From the NCBI GenBank assembly GCA_036339465.1, contig JAYZAY010000071.1:1-54174 (forward strand): a DNA stretch of 54,174 bases. The letters run 5' to 3'. The position numbers and the translations under genes were made by a program. Positions 9,560-19,905 of this stretch are shown here, in pieces. Position 1 is the first letter of the stretch. Each line of letters starts with the position of its first letter. The notes under the pieces were generated by a model. The model saw only the letters and a program-made list of their open reading frames with translations, was not told the DNA's origin and searched no databases. The stretch is from Myxococcota bacterium (GTDB lineage: Bacteria; Myxococcota; XYA12-FULL-58-9; JABJBS01).

Positions 9560-10511
9560 TGTAGGGCTATCTTAGGATTATGGATTGCTGGTCGTCAAGA
9601 AAGTCTTGGTCTTGGTTGTATCATTCGAGTCAATGGTGATGGGGGTGTCTATGGAGCTGCCTTGGCTGAGGTTTTTACTCATTTTGACAACGTCGACCAT
9701 CAATTGCTCGATATCTGTAGCGAAGATCGTGGTGAGGATCCGGAGTGCGGTGAGACCGAAGCACCGATATCGAAGTCGTTTCTGACTAAAAACGTAGCAG
9801 CGGGTTTCCATGGAAGCCAAAGTTTGGGTTGGGGATATTTTCTGCCAACATATCGGTCATTTATCGGTGTGGCCATCGAGTATGGGTGTCGCGTCCGGCA
9901 CGACGCACCTATTGTTTTATGGTTTTAGGCACCAATATTCATTTTCGCAACTGGCAAATGCCTGTGATTGGGGGCAAAATGTAGAAAAATCTGTACGGGA
10001 GAAGATATTGAATGGAAATAGGTATTAAGAGACAGGTTTGGGGCATGGGGATTGTAACAGCCCTAACACTTGGAATGGGTCTAGCTTTTAATCCACCGGT
10101 CATTTTGATGGTTGTTGTATCCGGTGTGGCCGGTGCCGGGTGCGCTTGGCTTTAGGTTTTTGGCTTTCTCTTTTCTTTGGTGCCGCCTCATTGTATCTCT
10201 TCGCCCATGTCTACCAATCATTGCCGCTTGGGCGCCCTGTTTCGGTGGCCGCCGTGGGGGGGGCATTGCCGAGAGTCTTGGATTTATCTTTTCTTCGAAT
10301 TTTGCGTCTTAAAATGGGAATCTATACCCCGCAATCATTTGTGAGTGTGTTACGTATGTTTTATTCCTATTCTACCCCTTCTATAGAGTTCGAATTCTGA
10401 TATTTCTATGAATAGAGAGTGGGGGATTTTTCACTCAAGTCTCGGTTTTTTGAGTATACTAGATGTTGACTTGTGCTGGGCTAGAGACTTGATCGCTAAG
10501 AAGGGGAAGGA

Positions 10512-12230
10512 ATGAGAGAAACACGTGAACACCTGATTCGCTATATTCGAGAGTCTATTATTGGCACCGATGTTGCAATTGAGACACCTTTTGGGGTCCG
10601 CCGTGTAACCTATGCAGATTATACCGCTTCAGGACGCAGTTTGAGATTTATCGAAGAGTACATCCAGTCTGTCGTGTTGCCCTATTATGCCAATACGCAT
10701 ACCGAGACATCGGGAACAGGTTATCAAACCACAAAGTTACGAGAGGAGGCTCGACAGACCATCCATCAAGCGCTGGGTGGGCAAGACGATGATTGTGTTG
10801 TTTTTTGCGGCAGTGGTGCGACGGCCGCGGTCCAAAAGAGTATCGACTTATTGGGAATTAGGCTACCCGGGGATCTTGATGAGCGCTACGGGTTTGAAGA
10901 GCAGATCCCCGAAAAAGAACGGCCAATTATCTTTGTCGGGCCTTACGAGCATCATTCCAACGAGCTTCCTTGGCGTGAGACCATTGGCGACGTGGTGGTT
11001 ATTAAAGAAAATGAAGAGGGTTATATAAGCCTCGAGGATTTGGAATATCAGCTCAACAAATATGCTGAGCGGTCACTGAAGATAGGCAGTTTTTCTGCGG
11101 CATCCAATGTTACAGGTATCGCGAGTGATACTTGTGCGGTCACGCAGCTTCTTCATCAGCACGGCGCTTTGGCTTTCTGGGATTTTGCAGCGGCAGGGCC
11201 CTATGTCCAAATCGAGATGAATCCATCCTGTAAGATTGAAGACTGTTGCCCTAAGGATGCGATTTTTCTGTCGCCCCACAAATTTATAGGGGGACCAGGG
11301 ACACCGGGGATATTGGTCGCCAAAAAGAGTATTTTTAGGAATTCTATTCCAGCGGTGCCAGGAGGCGGAACGGTCAGCTATGTCACAGGAGAGGGACATC
11401 GTTACAAGGAAAATAGGGTTGATCGCGAAGAAGGGGGAACTCCTGATATTGTAGGCTCCATCAGAGCGGGCCTTGTTTTTCAATTGAAAGAATCGGTGGG
11501 TGCGCATGAGATATGTACACGAGAAACTAGCTTTGTGCTACGAGCACTTGAATACTGGAAAGACAAGCCGAATATGGAAATCCTTGGTAATGTTGATGCC
11601 AAGCGTTTATCGATTGTCTCTTTTCGGGTTCGTTGTGATGGACGCTACCTACATCACAATTTTGTAGTTGCTCTATTGAATGACTTGTTTGGTATTCAGG
11701 CAAGAGGAGGATGCTCTTGTGCGGGGCCCTATGCCCATCGCCTTTTGGGTATTTCATCGGACCGAGCCCATGATTTTGAAGAGGCGGTAATCCATGGCTA
11801 TGAAGCGTTAAAGCCAGGATGGGTTAGACTTAATTTTAATTATTTTTTACACGAGCCGGAATTTGAGTTTTTATTGGCTGCTGTTGGTATGGTTGTGAAG
11901 TTTGGATGGAAACTTTTACCGTACTATCAGCTGAATATAAAGCGGTCTGTTTTTAGGCATAAGTTAAGCATGAAGCCGTTTGCGCATTCTTTAGAGGATA
12001 TCTGCTACAGCGATGGGCGGATGCAATTTGGGGCGAGGAAGTTGACTGAGCCAGATACGAAATTATCTGTGTATCTCAGTCAGGCACAACAACTTTTCTC
12101 CGAATTGAGTGGCGATATTTTTCAATTATCCGAAACTGAGTTCAAGGACTATGAGTATCTTCGGTGGTTTGTCTTGCCTGAAGAGGTAAGCCGGGTGCCC
12201 GGGGGGGTTTCTTCCACCAGTGCGGCTTGA
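10512..12230 (+). CDS. Class V PLP-dependent enzyme (cysteine desulfurase/selenocysteine lyase-like, long form)
   Basis: Motifs YADYTASGR, YANTHT, EHHSNELPW, SAASNVTG, SPHKF (PLP Lys) and RGGCSCAGPY. Strong AAGGGGAAGG RBS. Confidence 0.92.
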   Translation: MRETREHLIRYIRESIIGTDVAIETPFGVRRVTYADYTASGRSLRFIEEYIQSVVLPYYANTHTETSGTGYQTTKLREEARQTIHQALGGQDDDCVVFCGSGATAAVQKSIDLLGIRLPGDLDERYGFEEQIPEKERPIIFVGPYEHHSNELPWRETIGDVVVIKENEEGYISLEDLEYQLNKYAERSLKIGSFSAASNVTGIASDTCAVTQLLHQHGALAFWDFAAAGPYVQIEMNPSCKIEDCCPKDAIFLSPHKFIGGPGTPGILVAKKSIFRNSIPAVPGGGTVSYVTGEGHRYKENRVDREEGGTPDIVGSIRAGLVFQLKESVGAHEICTRETSFVLRALEYWKDKPNMEILGNVDAKRLSIVSFRVRCDGRYLHHNFVVALLNDLFGIQARGGCSCAGPYAHRLLGISSDRAHDFEEAVIHGYEALKPGWVRLNFNYFLHEPEFEFLLAAVGMVVKFGWKLLPYYQLNIKRSVFRHKLSMKPFAHSLEDICYSDGRMQFGARKLTEPDTKLSVYLSQAQQLFSELSGDIFQLSETEFKDYEYLRWFVLPEEVSRVPGGVSSTSAA

Positions 12231-12339
12231 GCTTTTTCTCCTATTCTCCAATCCTCCAACAATTTCATTAGATCAGTAAGTATTGTCGTCTATTCACGCT
12301 CATTTGTTGGGGGGAGTGGCGGTTATGGTGTCATCGTGC

Positions 12340-13950
12340 TTATAGGAGAGAGAATTTATATTTTAAGCCCGCGGTGGCTCGGTCATGGGATGTGAAACCT
12401 GATATTGGTCCGAGGTCTTTTCCGGGCAAATACCCAACTGCTTGGATGAAGGTGGTTAGATTGTCCTTAAGCTTGTAGTTTATGGCGATACGACCGAATA
12501 GACCCTGGCTCAAATCAAATCCGAACCCTGAAACGGCGAGTTGTATTTTAAGATCATCCCGAAGCCAACGCGACTCCAGGGAAAATGTGAACCCTTCATT
12601 CTCGGTGGGAAGAAATGTTTTGTCTTGGCCTACAAAGTGTGTGCTGTAGAAGGCTTCGGCGATGAATGAAAGGTTTTCGAACCCATCGTAACTGGTCCCT
12701 ATGACTGCGTTTATCTGGTTGCCTTTTTGGGTTGAAAATTGCGGGAGCGCACCGGTACTGTCGGTGGCTGTATAGGGTTTGTTGTGGTTGAATAGGATTT
12801 CCCACCTTAAGACAAAGCCACTAAGTGGGAGCGAGCCAGTATGACCGATGGCCAAAATAGGATGGTGGTTCAATTCGAGATAGGAACTTTTTCGGTTTGG
12901 GTCGATGAGTTTCGTTAGATTTGTGAGGCCGAGTGAACCGGTTGTATCGAGGTAGGAGGCAAAGATGACCGAGAGATCTACTCCCGATCCGCGATAGAGC
13001 CAGCGTGCGAATAGTTGCTGCGACTCGGCTGAAAAGACTTTGGGGTTGTCTCTGAGTGCGTAGTGTTGGATGCTTTTTAGGTGCTCTAGGTTGATGATGA
13101 TATCTGTCGCCGTGAAGGCTCCTGGAAGGGGACTGAAATCTCCAAGGGGTGGGGGACGCCAACCATAATTGGCTTCATGTGCCATAACGATCTGGATTTG
13201 ATGCGGGCCCTGGAAGAAGGAAATATTGGTGGCTAAAATCCCAATTTTAAGTTCCTCGATATCACTAAATCCGGGTTCTCTCAGATCTCGTGGATTGATT
13301 AAATCGGTGATAGGGAATATATTTGCCTCACTCCAGTTTTCCACAATGCGTCCGAATTTGATATTAAAGATGGAGTTACCTGCTTCAATGTAAGCTTCTT
13401 GAGTTCGGTAGGTTTTTTCATAGGCTGCGATATCAGAAGGGGAAAAACGTTCTCTTTTATAGAGAAAGGATGGGTCATAGGCACCCAAGCCGGTATAAGT
13501 CAGGCCGATGACGTCAAATTTCAGATTGAGGTTTGCTTGGGCGCTAATCCGTGAACGCGCCACGGTAGTGTCCTTTGGGCGTTTGAGCCATAGGTCAAGG
13601 TCGTAGCGCAGAGCGACGTTTAACTGCCGACTGGAATCGGTGGTGGTCTCACTGCCGAGGTCATCGGCGCCAATTTCTGAAAAGTCAAAAGAGTCAGTTC
13701 CCGAAGCGTCTCCCCATCCATCCTCATCGTCGGTTTGGTCCAAGGGTGGGGGATTGGCTTGGTTTGTTTCGGGAGTTGTTGGTTGATGGTGGGCCGACTG
13801 CTTTGCTGATTTTGTAGGGGGAGGCCTAGGACCGTCTGCCCATGCTCGGTGGGAGCATGTTATAAGAACCACCCACAACCAGGCAAGGGTGGGTGTGAGT
13901 CGTGGGGTTAAAATGGAAAAACTTGGTTTTTCGCGGCAGGAGTAGCTCAT
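12340..13950 (-). CDS. Putative outer-membrane beta-barrel protein (DUF1302-like) with an acidic N-terminal linker
   Basis: Signal-like hydrophobic stretch, 'EAY...KFGR..ENW...DLINPRDLRE' typical of the barrels paired with LolA-like proteins, and C-terminal 'GLKYKF'. ATGA overlap with the upstream LolA-like gene. Confidence 0.7.
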   Translation of the reverse strand: MSYSCREKPSFSILTPRLTPTLAWLWVVLITCSHRAWADGPRPPPTKSAKQSAHHQPTTPETNQANPPPLDQTDDEDGWGDASGTDSFDFSEIGADDLGSETTTDSSRQLNVALRYDLDLWLKRPKDTTVARSRISAQANLNLKFDVIGLTYTGLGAYDPSFLYKRERFSPSDIAAYEKTYRTQEAYIEAGNSIFNIKFGRIVENWSEANIFPITDLINPRDLREPGFSDIEELKIGILATNISFFQGPHQIQIVMAHEANYGWRPPPLGDFSPLPGAFTATDIIINLEHLKSIQHYALRDNPKVFSAESQQLFARWLYRGSGVDLSVIFASYLDTTGSLGLTNLTKLIDPNRKSSYLELNHHPILAIGHTGSLPLSGFVLRWEILFNHNKPYTATDSTGALPQFSTQKGNQINAVIGTSYDGFENLSFIAEAFYSTHFVGQDKTFLPTENEGFTFSLESRWLRDDLKIQLAVSGFGFDLSQGLFGRIAINYKLKDNLTTFIQAVGYLPGKDLGPISGFTSHDRATAGLKYKFSLL

Positions 13951-14777
13951 AGGCCGCGTTCGAGCACTTGAATTTGGAAGGAGCTTTCTAGAATGGATGG
14001 GTCATCGAGCTTTAAATTAGTGTAAGTCATCACGGTGGTGGATTCTACTTTCTTGCCCTTCAATGTCCTGGCGAAGAGTTTTTTCGCGACAAATGATTTA
14101 CCTTTGGCTTCAATGTCGGAAAACTTAATTTGCTTCAATCTTTTGCCCCGAATCACCCACGCTTTCACTTGCAGTACGAATTTTTTGGATTTACTGATCC
14201 AAGCTTCTGTTTTTAGGTAGCCGGTTTCTGATTTTGCTTTCTCTGTTTTTGGGCGGGCCTCAATTTTCCAGCAGGGTTCACCATCCACGCTCGCGTTGGC
14301 ATCGAGCATTTTGTAGTCAAAATGGTTGGGGTCGGATCGGGTCATATCGGCATAGGTGAAGTCGGTTCCCATGAAGGACCCCGAACGTTGGCGGGTGGAA
14401 ATTCGGGTGGCCTTTTTTAGACTTGGTAGATAAAGCCATTGGTCATCAGTCTTATCACCGGAGTCATAATCCACCGAAAGGAGTCCGGTATTTCGGACGT
14501 CGGTGGGGCTTTCGAATTGCATGAGAGTTTTGGTGGATGCTTCAAATCTGCGGTTGATGACGCGCATGGTCCGCCGTCTTTCTCGGTTGGCATGATCCTT
14601 GGTGAGAATTTGCAGGGTTCCAGACAGTGTGTGGGGTAGTTTTCGGTCAAAGACTTCTTCCATGATCGCTTTGGCGTCATCGGTGGCTTGGGCGGGGGAG
14701 GCGGAGGCGAAGAACATTGTTAGGCCGCAGAAGCTGGTGATGAGCGTTCGGACTCGAATGAATGACTTTGTCGCCAT
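13947..14777 (-). CDS. Outer-membrane lipoprotein-sorting protein (LolA-like carrier)
   Basis: Signal peptide, 'F.SPTDVRNTGLL', 'DDQWLYLPSLKK..RI' and 'SFMGTDFTYADM'. Confidence 0.9.
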   Translation of the reverse strand: MATKSFIRVRTLITSFCGLTMFFASASPAQATDDAKAIMEEVFDRKLPHTLSGTLQILTKDHANRERRRTMRVINRRFEASTKTLMQFESPTDVRNTGLLSVDYDSGDKTDDQWLYLPSLKKATRISTRQRSGSFMGTDFTYADMTRSDPNHFDYKMLDANASVDGEPCWKIEARPKTEKAKSETGYLKTEAWISKSKKFVLQVKAWVIRGKRLKQIKFSDIEAKGKSFVAKKLFARTLKGKKVESTTVMTYTNLKLDDPSILESSFQIQVLERGL

Positions 14778-14847
14778 AAGAAACTCCCTGATTTTCGTCC
14801 TTCGGTATCGTATCTAAGGATTGTCGCGGATGCTAGTGCTTGGTGCG

Positions 14848-17055
14848 CTAAAGCAGGCTTCCGCGGAATTGACCGGCATTTCGGACAAGCAAAGTACTGG
14901 GTAGATTCTCCGTTAGTTTTATCAGTGCTTTGGCATAGGCCGATTCTGTACCATCACTAGGGAGTGAGAGACCGAGAAAAACCAAACGGGCTTGGGTAGA
15001 GTTGTTTTGAATCGTGGTTTCTAGGGACGTGTTTTCGGTGGGAATAATCACTTCTACTATGGCGGGTATACGGATGTCCTCGAGCATGGACTCAAATTCA
15101 TCTTGGCGCTCCTTTTGAGTTTCTTCGGAATGAACAACGCTTTTGAGGACGATTCTCGAATTGCGCCAGCCCGGTGCTTTTGTGAGGAGATACGCCAAAA
15201 GAAGCATTAAATCACCGTTCAATTGCTTACCTTTCCACCAGATGACAATGTCTCGATTGTGGGAGGTGGGGACTTGATGGCGGTATATGAGACTGCAGGT
15301 TTCCAGGCTGTCCAATTTGCGCATGATGGTCAGAAGCCGCTTGAGTGTTTCAGGATCTTCCCCGGACCATCCAAATACTGCGGTATTGGAATTTAGCCCG
15401 GCAAACCCACTTGCTTGCACGGAGGTGATGACCCCCGCTTCGAAGTTGGGGACGGTCGCGAGTTGGAAAAAACCGGTCACGTTATTTTGTTCTAAAAGTT
15501 GGTTGGTCTCTTCGTGTATTTCTTGATGTGGGACATGCTCACAAAAATTTCCTTCACGGAGACTCATGACGGTAACAAAACCGCGGTGCTGGCCAAAGTC
15601 GTGGCAGAGTTTAACGATGGGGATGGAAGTTTCCACGTCTCGGACAAAAACGAGGATATGGGGCCGCCAATTTCTAGGGTCGTGCTTGGTGCGCTGGAGT
15701 TGCAGGATAGAAAACCGGGCCAATGAGAGCCATAGGCCGCTTCTAGCATCTCCCCAGGTTGTGGAGAGAGCCCGTTGATTTAGGATGGCAAAAATTACAA
15801 CTTCGATAATCAAAGCGAGCAAGCAAGCCATGGGGTTGATGGCAAACATGCCGACGAAGCAGCCAATGGCTCCAATCATGGATGCCCACCAAGGTACTTG
15901 AATCTCTGGTCGAAAGGACGGATTGCCAGTAAGGGTTTCGAGGCAAGCCACCGAATTTAGTGCACCGTAGGTGGTAAGGAAAAAGACGGTCAGCCATTCC
16001 GCCACGATATTGAGGCCTCCGAGCATACAAGCGGCTAGGGCGATGGCGCCACTGGTGATTAAGCCGACAATGGGTTCGCCATTTTTTTTGGATGTTTGGC
16101 CCAGAAATCTCGGAGCGAGGCCGTCGTTTGCAAGGGCCTGTAAGGTTCGGGGCGCGGCTAGGATACTTCCTAGGGCACTCGAGAGCACCGCACCCCATAG
16201 CCCAGGTAAGATCAACCATGCCGACGGGGCGATGTCTAACCATACGAGACTATTGTTTTGGAGTGCTTCTGGAGTTGCGCCCTTTACGAGGAGCACCGGC
16301 ACGATCAAATAGAGGATGAATCCCATTGCTACGGCCGACAAGACACCCCGCGGGATTGATTTTTGAGGGTTTGCGAGATCGCCGGAGAGGCTAACTCCAG
16401 ACAAGATGCCGGTTACCGCGGGGAAGAAAACGGCAAATGCCGGCCAAAAGCCGATTTCGGTGGATGGGGTGATAGTCGTTTCGGATACAGTCGTCGGGTT
16501 TTCACCTAACACGCCGTACGTCAATGCCCCAATAGAGAGGATAATGAGCATGAGAATTGGAATTTGTAGCTTGAGTGTCAGGGTTGTGCTCTTAGAGGAG
16601 ATGGTGGTGATGAGTCCGATGATGAGGGCGGCGGTGCAGGGAACGACGATGTTCTCCGGCAACGTCAAGCCAGGGATGAAAAAGTAGAGACTTTCTGCCA
16701 TGGCAAAGGCGTAGAGTGTGATCGACAGGGTCTGAGATAAATAAAGGGGAATGCCAATTGCGCCACCGATGGGGAGGCCAAAGGAGCGACTGATTAAATA
16801 GTAGGCCCCACCAACACCCACATCCATGCTGGTGGCGAGCGAGCTTAGGGATAAGGCGGTTAACATGGTAATCACGTTTGCCAAGACGACCACCACGATT
16901 GCTTGCTCGAGTCCTAAATGGCCGACAACCCAGCCGATTCGCAGGTACATAATGGCACCGAGAATCGTTAGGGCCGTAGGTGTGAACACGCCGAGGAAGG
17001 TCCCCAATCTCAGTCGTCCAGCGATTGGGGCTATGTCTTTGGTTGTGTCAGTCAA
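14848..17055 (-). CDS. Cation-chloride cotransporter (SLC12/CCC family, APC superfamily)
   Basis: LGTFLGVFTP..TILG.IMYLR.GWVVG, GGAYYLISRS.G, FAVFFPAVTG, SGDL.NP.KSIP.G and a C-terminal cytosolic domain starting NWRPHILV. TTG start. Confidence 0.92.
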   Translation of the reverse strand: MTDTTKDIAPIAGRLRLGTFLGVFTPTALTILGAIMYLRIGWVVGHLGLEQAIVVVVLANVITMLTALSLSSLATSMDVGVGGAYYLISRSFGLPIGGAIGIPLYLSQTLSITLYAFAMAESLYFFIPGLTLPENIVVPCTAALIIGLITTISSKSTTLTLKLQIPILMLIILSIGALTYGVLGENPTTVSETTITPSTEIGFWPAFAVFFPAVTGILSGVSLSGDLANPQKSIPRGVLSAVAMGFILYLIVPVLLVKGATPEALQNNSLVWLDIAPSAWLILPGLWGAVLSSALGSILAAPRTLQALANDGLAPRFLGQTSKKNGEPIVGLITSGAIALAACMLGGLNIVAEWLTVFFLTTYGALNSVACLETLTGNPSFRPEIQVPWWASMIGAIGCFVGMFAINPMACLLALIIEVVIFAILNQRALSTTWGDARSGLWLSLARFSILQLQRTKHDPRNWRPHILVFVRDVETSIPIVKLCHDFGQHRGFVTVMSLREGNFCEHVPHQEIHEETNQLLEQNNVTGFFQLATVPNFEAGVITSVQASGFAGLNSNTAVFGWSGEDPETLKRLLTIMRKLDSLETCSLIYRHQVPTSHNRDIVIWWKGKQLNGDLMLLLAYLLTKAPGWRNSRIVLKSVVHSEETQKERQDEFESMLEDIRIPAIVEVIIPTENTSLETTIQNNSTQARLVFLGLSLPSDGTESAYAKALIKLTENLPSTLLVRNAGQFRGSLL

Positions 17056-17192
17056 AATGTGCTTGCTCCCCGGGTGTTCTCGTTATTTGTTGTTCGAACT
17101 TTCATCGTACTAGTTTTGTCTATAAAACCAAATTCTTACAAAAAAATTGAGTTTTAGTCGATACAAGCGGATGCTCATAGTTGGGGACTAAA

Positions 17193-18584
17193 ATGTTTTT
17201 GGAGTTTATTCATAAAACGGACGTTTTTGTTCGGTCGACTCGCTGGTTGTTGTTTTGGGCCTTGGTCTTTTTGTTCGCTGGTCCTGTCGACGTCTTGGCT
17301 GCCAATTCTGATGCGCAAGCTTGGTGGGCCGACGATGACAAATGGTCTTTGAGGCCAAAGACCACAGGGCCAAATGCACGACGAAACCGAGGGGAACGCA
17401 GGCTCTTAAGGGTTGTGGGGGAGGTGTTGCCCGGCGTGACGAAGCCACCGTCGCCTGAGGAGAATATCTGGCCATTTTCAAAGGCAGCGAAGCGTTTTCC
17501 AAAACTAAGAGTCCTCAACAAAGATGGAGGACGAGCTTCAGGAGCGAAGGTTATTCTCGTTGGGGTCCGGTTGAACGCTTTCGACCATCGCTGGGTGGGT
17601 TGGTCGAGTAGGGGAACATTTTACGATGACTATTTCGCGCAATTAGAAGCTTTTCTGCTGCCACTGTTAACTCAAAAGAAGTTTGAATGGATTGGGGCGT
17701 CCGGAAAAACACACGATACCCTGACCTCTTCAAAGTGGGCGAGTGGTATGGCTGGGGTCGTTCAACAAATCCAATCCCAATGGCGTTTTTTAGAGCCAGA
17801 TTTGCTTGAGTTCGAGACCGGGCGGCGATTGGTTAATGAATCATTAAGGTCGATGTCTCCTGCGGCCGCAACTTACTTACGGTGGAGGTGGGGACCGGGA
17901 CTCATTTATGCGCGGTTGAAATACGAATCCCCCGCTGCTTTCGCTAAGCTAAAGGTGCTGAATTTGCGGGGAAAGAACGAATCCGAGAATGCCGTGAATC
18001 TGCGAAAGAAAATTGCGCGCCTTTCTGAAAAAAATCCCGTTATGATTCCCAATAGTCGATTGAGTGTATCCTCTCTTAGGAAGCTTTGGAAGCAGGAATA
18101 CTCGGAATATCGAGACAACTTCTTGACGCCGTTGGATGAAAAATTGGGTGAATTTCGAAGATTCGTGCGCATGTTAAGAAGAGACGGAGATGTTGATTTG
18201 AGCCGGTCTTTGGGGCGCTTTTTGGGACAACTTCGGGTCATGTATATGCGACTCTACGATGAAAACCTCTTGGACGGAATCCATGCCTATTTTGAGACCT
18301 ACCCTTCGGATCAAAGTCCTCGTGGTAAAGCAGGGCGTGAAGGCGTTGAACTCACGCGACAAAAGCGAAAGAACCTCCACAGAAAAGCCGTGACGGTCCA
18401 GAAACTGTTTGGTCAGTTGAATAAACTAGAGCGCAAGTGGGTCTTGGATGACTTGATTTCTCAATTGCCTCGAGCCAAGGGTGGATTGGCTCTGGTCTTT
18501 GTGGACGAAGCCCACCTCGGCTGGATTTCGAAGAAGCTTGAGGAAAAGAGGTTAACGCGAGGTCTCGTTATTGTTGGTCGTTGA
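17193..18584 (+). CDS. Hypothetical secreted, basic protein
   Basis: About 463-aa ORF with a signal-peptide-like region (WLLFWALVFLFAGPVDVLA). No family recognised with confidence. Start is 17181 (TTG) or 17193 (ATG). Confidence 0.7.
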   Translation: MFLEFIHKTDVFVRSTRWLLFWALVFLFAGPVDVLAANSDAQAWWADDDKWSLRPKTTGPNARRNRGERRLLRVVGEVLPGVTKPPSPEENIWPFSKAAKRFPKLRVLNKDGGRASGAKVILVGVRLNAFDHRWVGWSSRGTFYDDYFAQLEAFLLPLLTQKKFEWIGASGKTHDTLTSSKWASGMAGVVQQIQSQWRFLEPDLLEFETGRRLVNESLRSMSPAAATYLRWRWGPGLIYARLKYESPAAFAKLKVLNLRGKNESENAVNLRKKIARLSEKNPVMIPNSRLSVSSLRKLWKQEYSEYRDNFLTPLDEKLGEFRRFVRMLRRDGDVDLSRSLGRFLGQLRVMYMRLYDENLLDGIHAYFETYPSDQSPRGKAGREGVELTRQKRKNLHRKAVTVQKLFGQLNKLERKWVLDDLISQLPRAKGGLALVFVDEAHLGWISKKLEEKRLTRGLVIVGR

Positions 18585-18594
18585 TTGAGATATT

Positions 18595-19413
18595 TTAGAG
18601 CTCATTGGTCAATAAGAATTGCCAATTCCATTGATGCATTTGATGATGAAAAACAGTCATGGTGCCGATCGGTTGGATCCCTCTATACTTCAGAACGCTC
18701 AGCAAGGGGTCACTGAGTGGGGTACAAAATACATGGAGGTGATCGTCTACAGGATCTGCATAGCCTCGTTGAGAACACGGACCAAATTGAGCATGGAGAA
18801 GAGGCAATGGTTGCTTGTTCTGTGCATCTTGAATATCGCGTATTCCGTCTGAAGAATGGTAGTAAATCGGACCGCGGTGGCGTCTTAAAATAGGGTCAAC
18901 TTCTTCCATTAACTCCGTGTCAAGGCAAATAATCCCTATTTGACAGGCTGCTTTGAACCGGATCGATCCGATAGAACTTAAATAATCAGGAGGGGGTGAT
19001 AATACTTGAGGTGTTGGGTCGAGCATGACGGTAAAGAGCCGAGGGCATCGAAAATAGTAATAGCGATAGTATTTTTCAAAGAGTGCCCGAGAAACTTCTG
19101 ATGGATTGATATGGGTCTTAAATCGAAAATTACAGAGGTACCAGAAGGGTTCGGTGTTTTTGCCGTTACTACTGATGAGTTCTCTCTCGATGGCGAAGCT
19201 CGTGGCCACTATTTCGCCTCTTAACCGCGCGACAAAAATTCGAGGTGTTCCAACGGAGCTTAGCCAGGCATCAAGCTTTGTCCCCATGTCAAAGCATATT
19301 TGATGTTCCGAGCCGATTTCATAGACGTGATTTCGGTGCAATTCGCGAATTTCGTCGATGAAGGGTTTCACGGTTTCTAGAGTATATTCATCAATTTGAA
19401 TTTCTTCACTCAT
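18595..19413 (-). CDS. Hypothetical protein with a possible GNAT-like N-terminal domain
   Basis: 272-aa ORF. 'IFVARLRGEIVAT...WYLCNFR' resembles GNAT strands beta2-beta4. Confidence 0.6.
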   Translation of the reverse strand: MSEEIQIDEYTLETVKPFIDEIRELHRNHVYEIGSEHQICFDMGTKLDAWLSSVGTPRIFVARLRGEIVATSFAIERELISSNGKNTEPFWYLCNFRFKTHINPSEVSRALFEKYYRYYYFRCPRLFTVMLDPTPQVLSPPPDYLSSIGSIRFKAACQIGIICLDTELMEEVDPILRRHRGPIYYHSSDGIRDIQDAQNKQPLPLLHAQFGPCSQRGYADPVDDHLHVFCTPLSDPLLSVLKYRGIQPIGTMTVFHHQMHQWNWQFLLTNEL

Positions 19414-19905
19414 GTCCGTCTTGTATTCATTCCGCAGTTATTTGGTTTTCGGGTCTTTTTCATAGCTTCTTATATGTACGAGGTCTTCCCATTCAATGAT
19501 GGTTTTGAGTCTTTATTATCTCTCGTGGGTGACGTATCAATCCGGGGTGCGCCTATGGAGCGAAGCCCATAACCAATGCTTTCGAAACACTGTGAGAGCA
19601 GCATCGGGATATCGGGTTGGTCACCGCCCACGAGAATATGGATTATGGAGCTTTGGACTGGGGCGTCTCCCGATGATGTCTTTTCAGGATGCTTGTCTTT
19701 TACCCTGCCCATTTCCTTCGCCTTTTTCAGTTTTAGATTTGTTTAAATGGAGTTTTGCCATTCTAGAAACTTTCACCTTAGGTCATTATCTGCCGTCGTG
19801 GTTGAGTCAAAACCATCCTAATCAGATAGTTTAATACAGGTTAAAGGTTAAGCCATTTTTGAGTTTGCTACAACTCCCGCAAAGACTGTCTCCCTGCTTC
19901 ACAAC

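Noticed and set aside
1972..16835. E. coli Chi octamer GCTGGTGG seen about three times on the plus strand (near 1972, 3209 and 16828)
   Set aside because: Too few occurrences to distinguish from chance and codon effects, the count by eye is not exhaustive, and RecC here is divergent.
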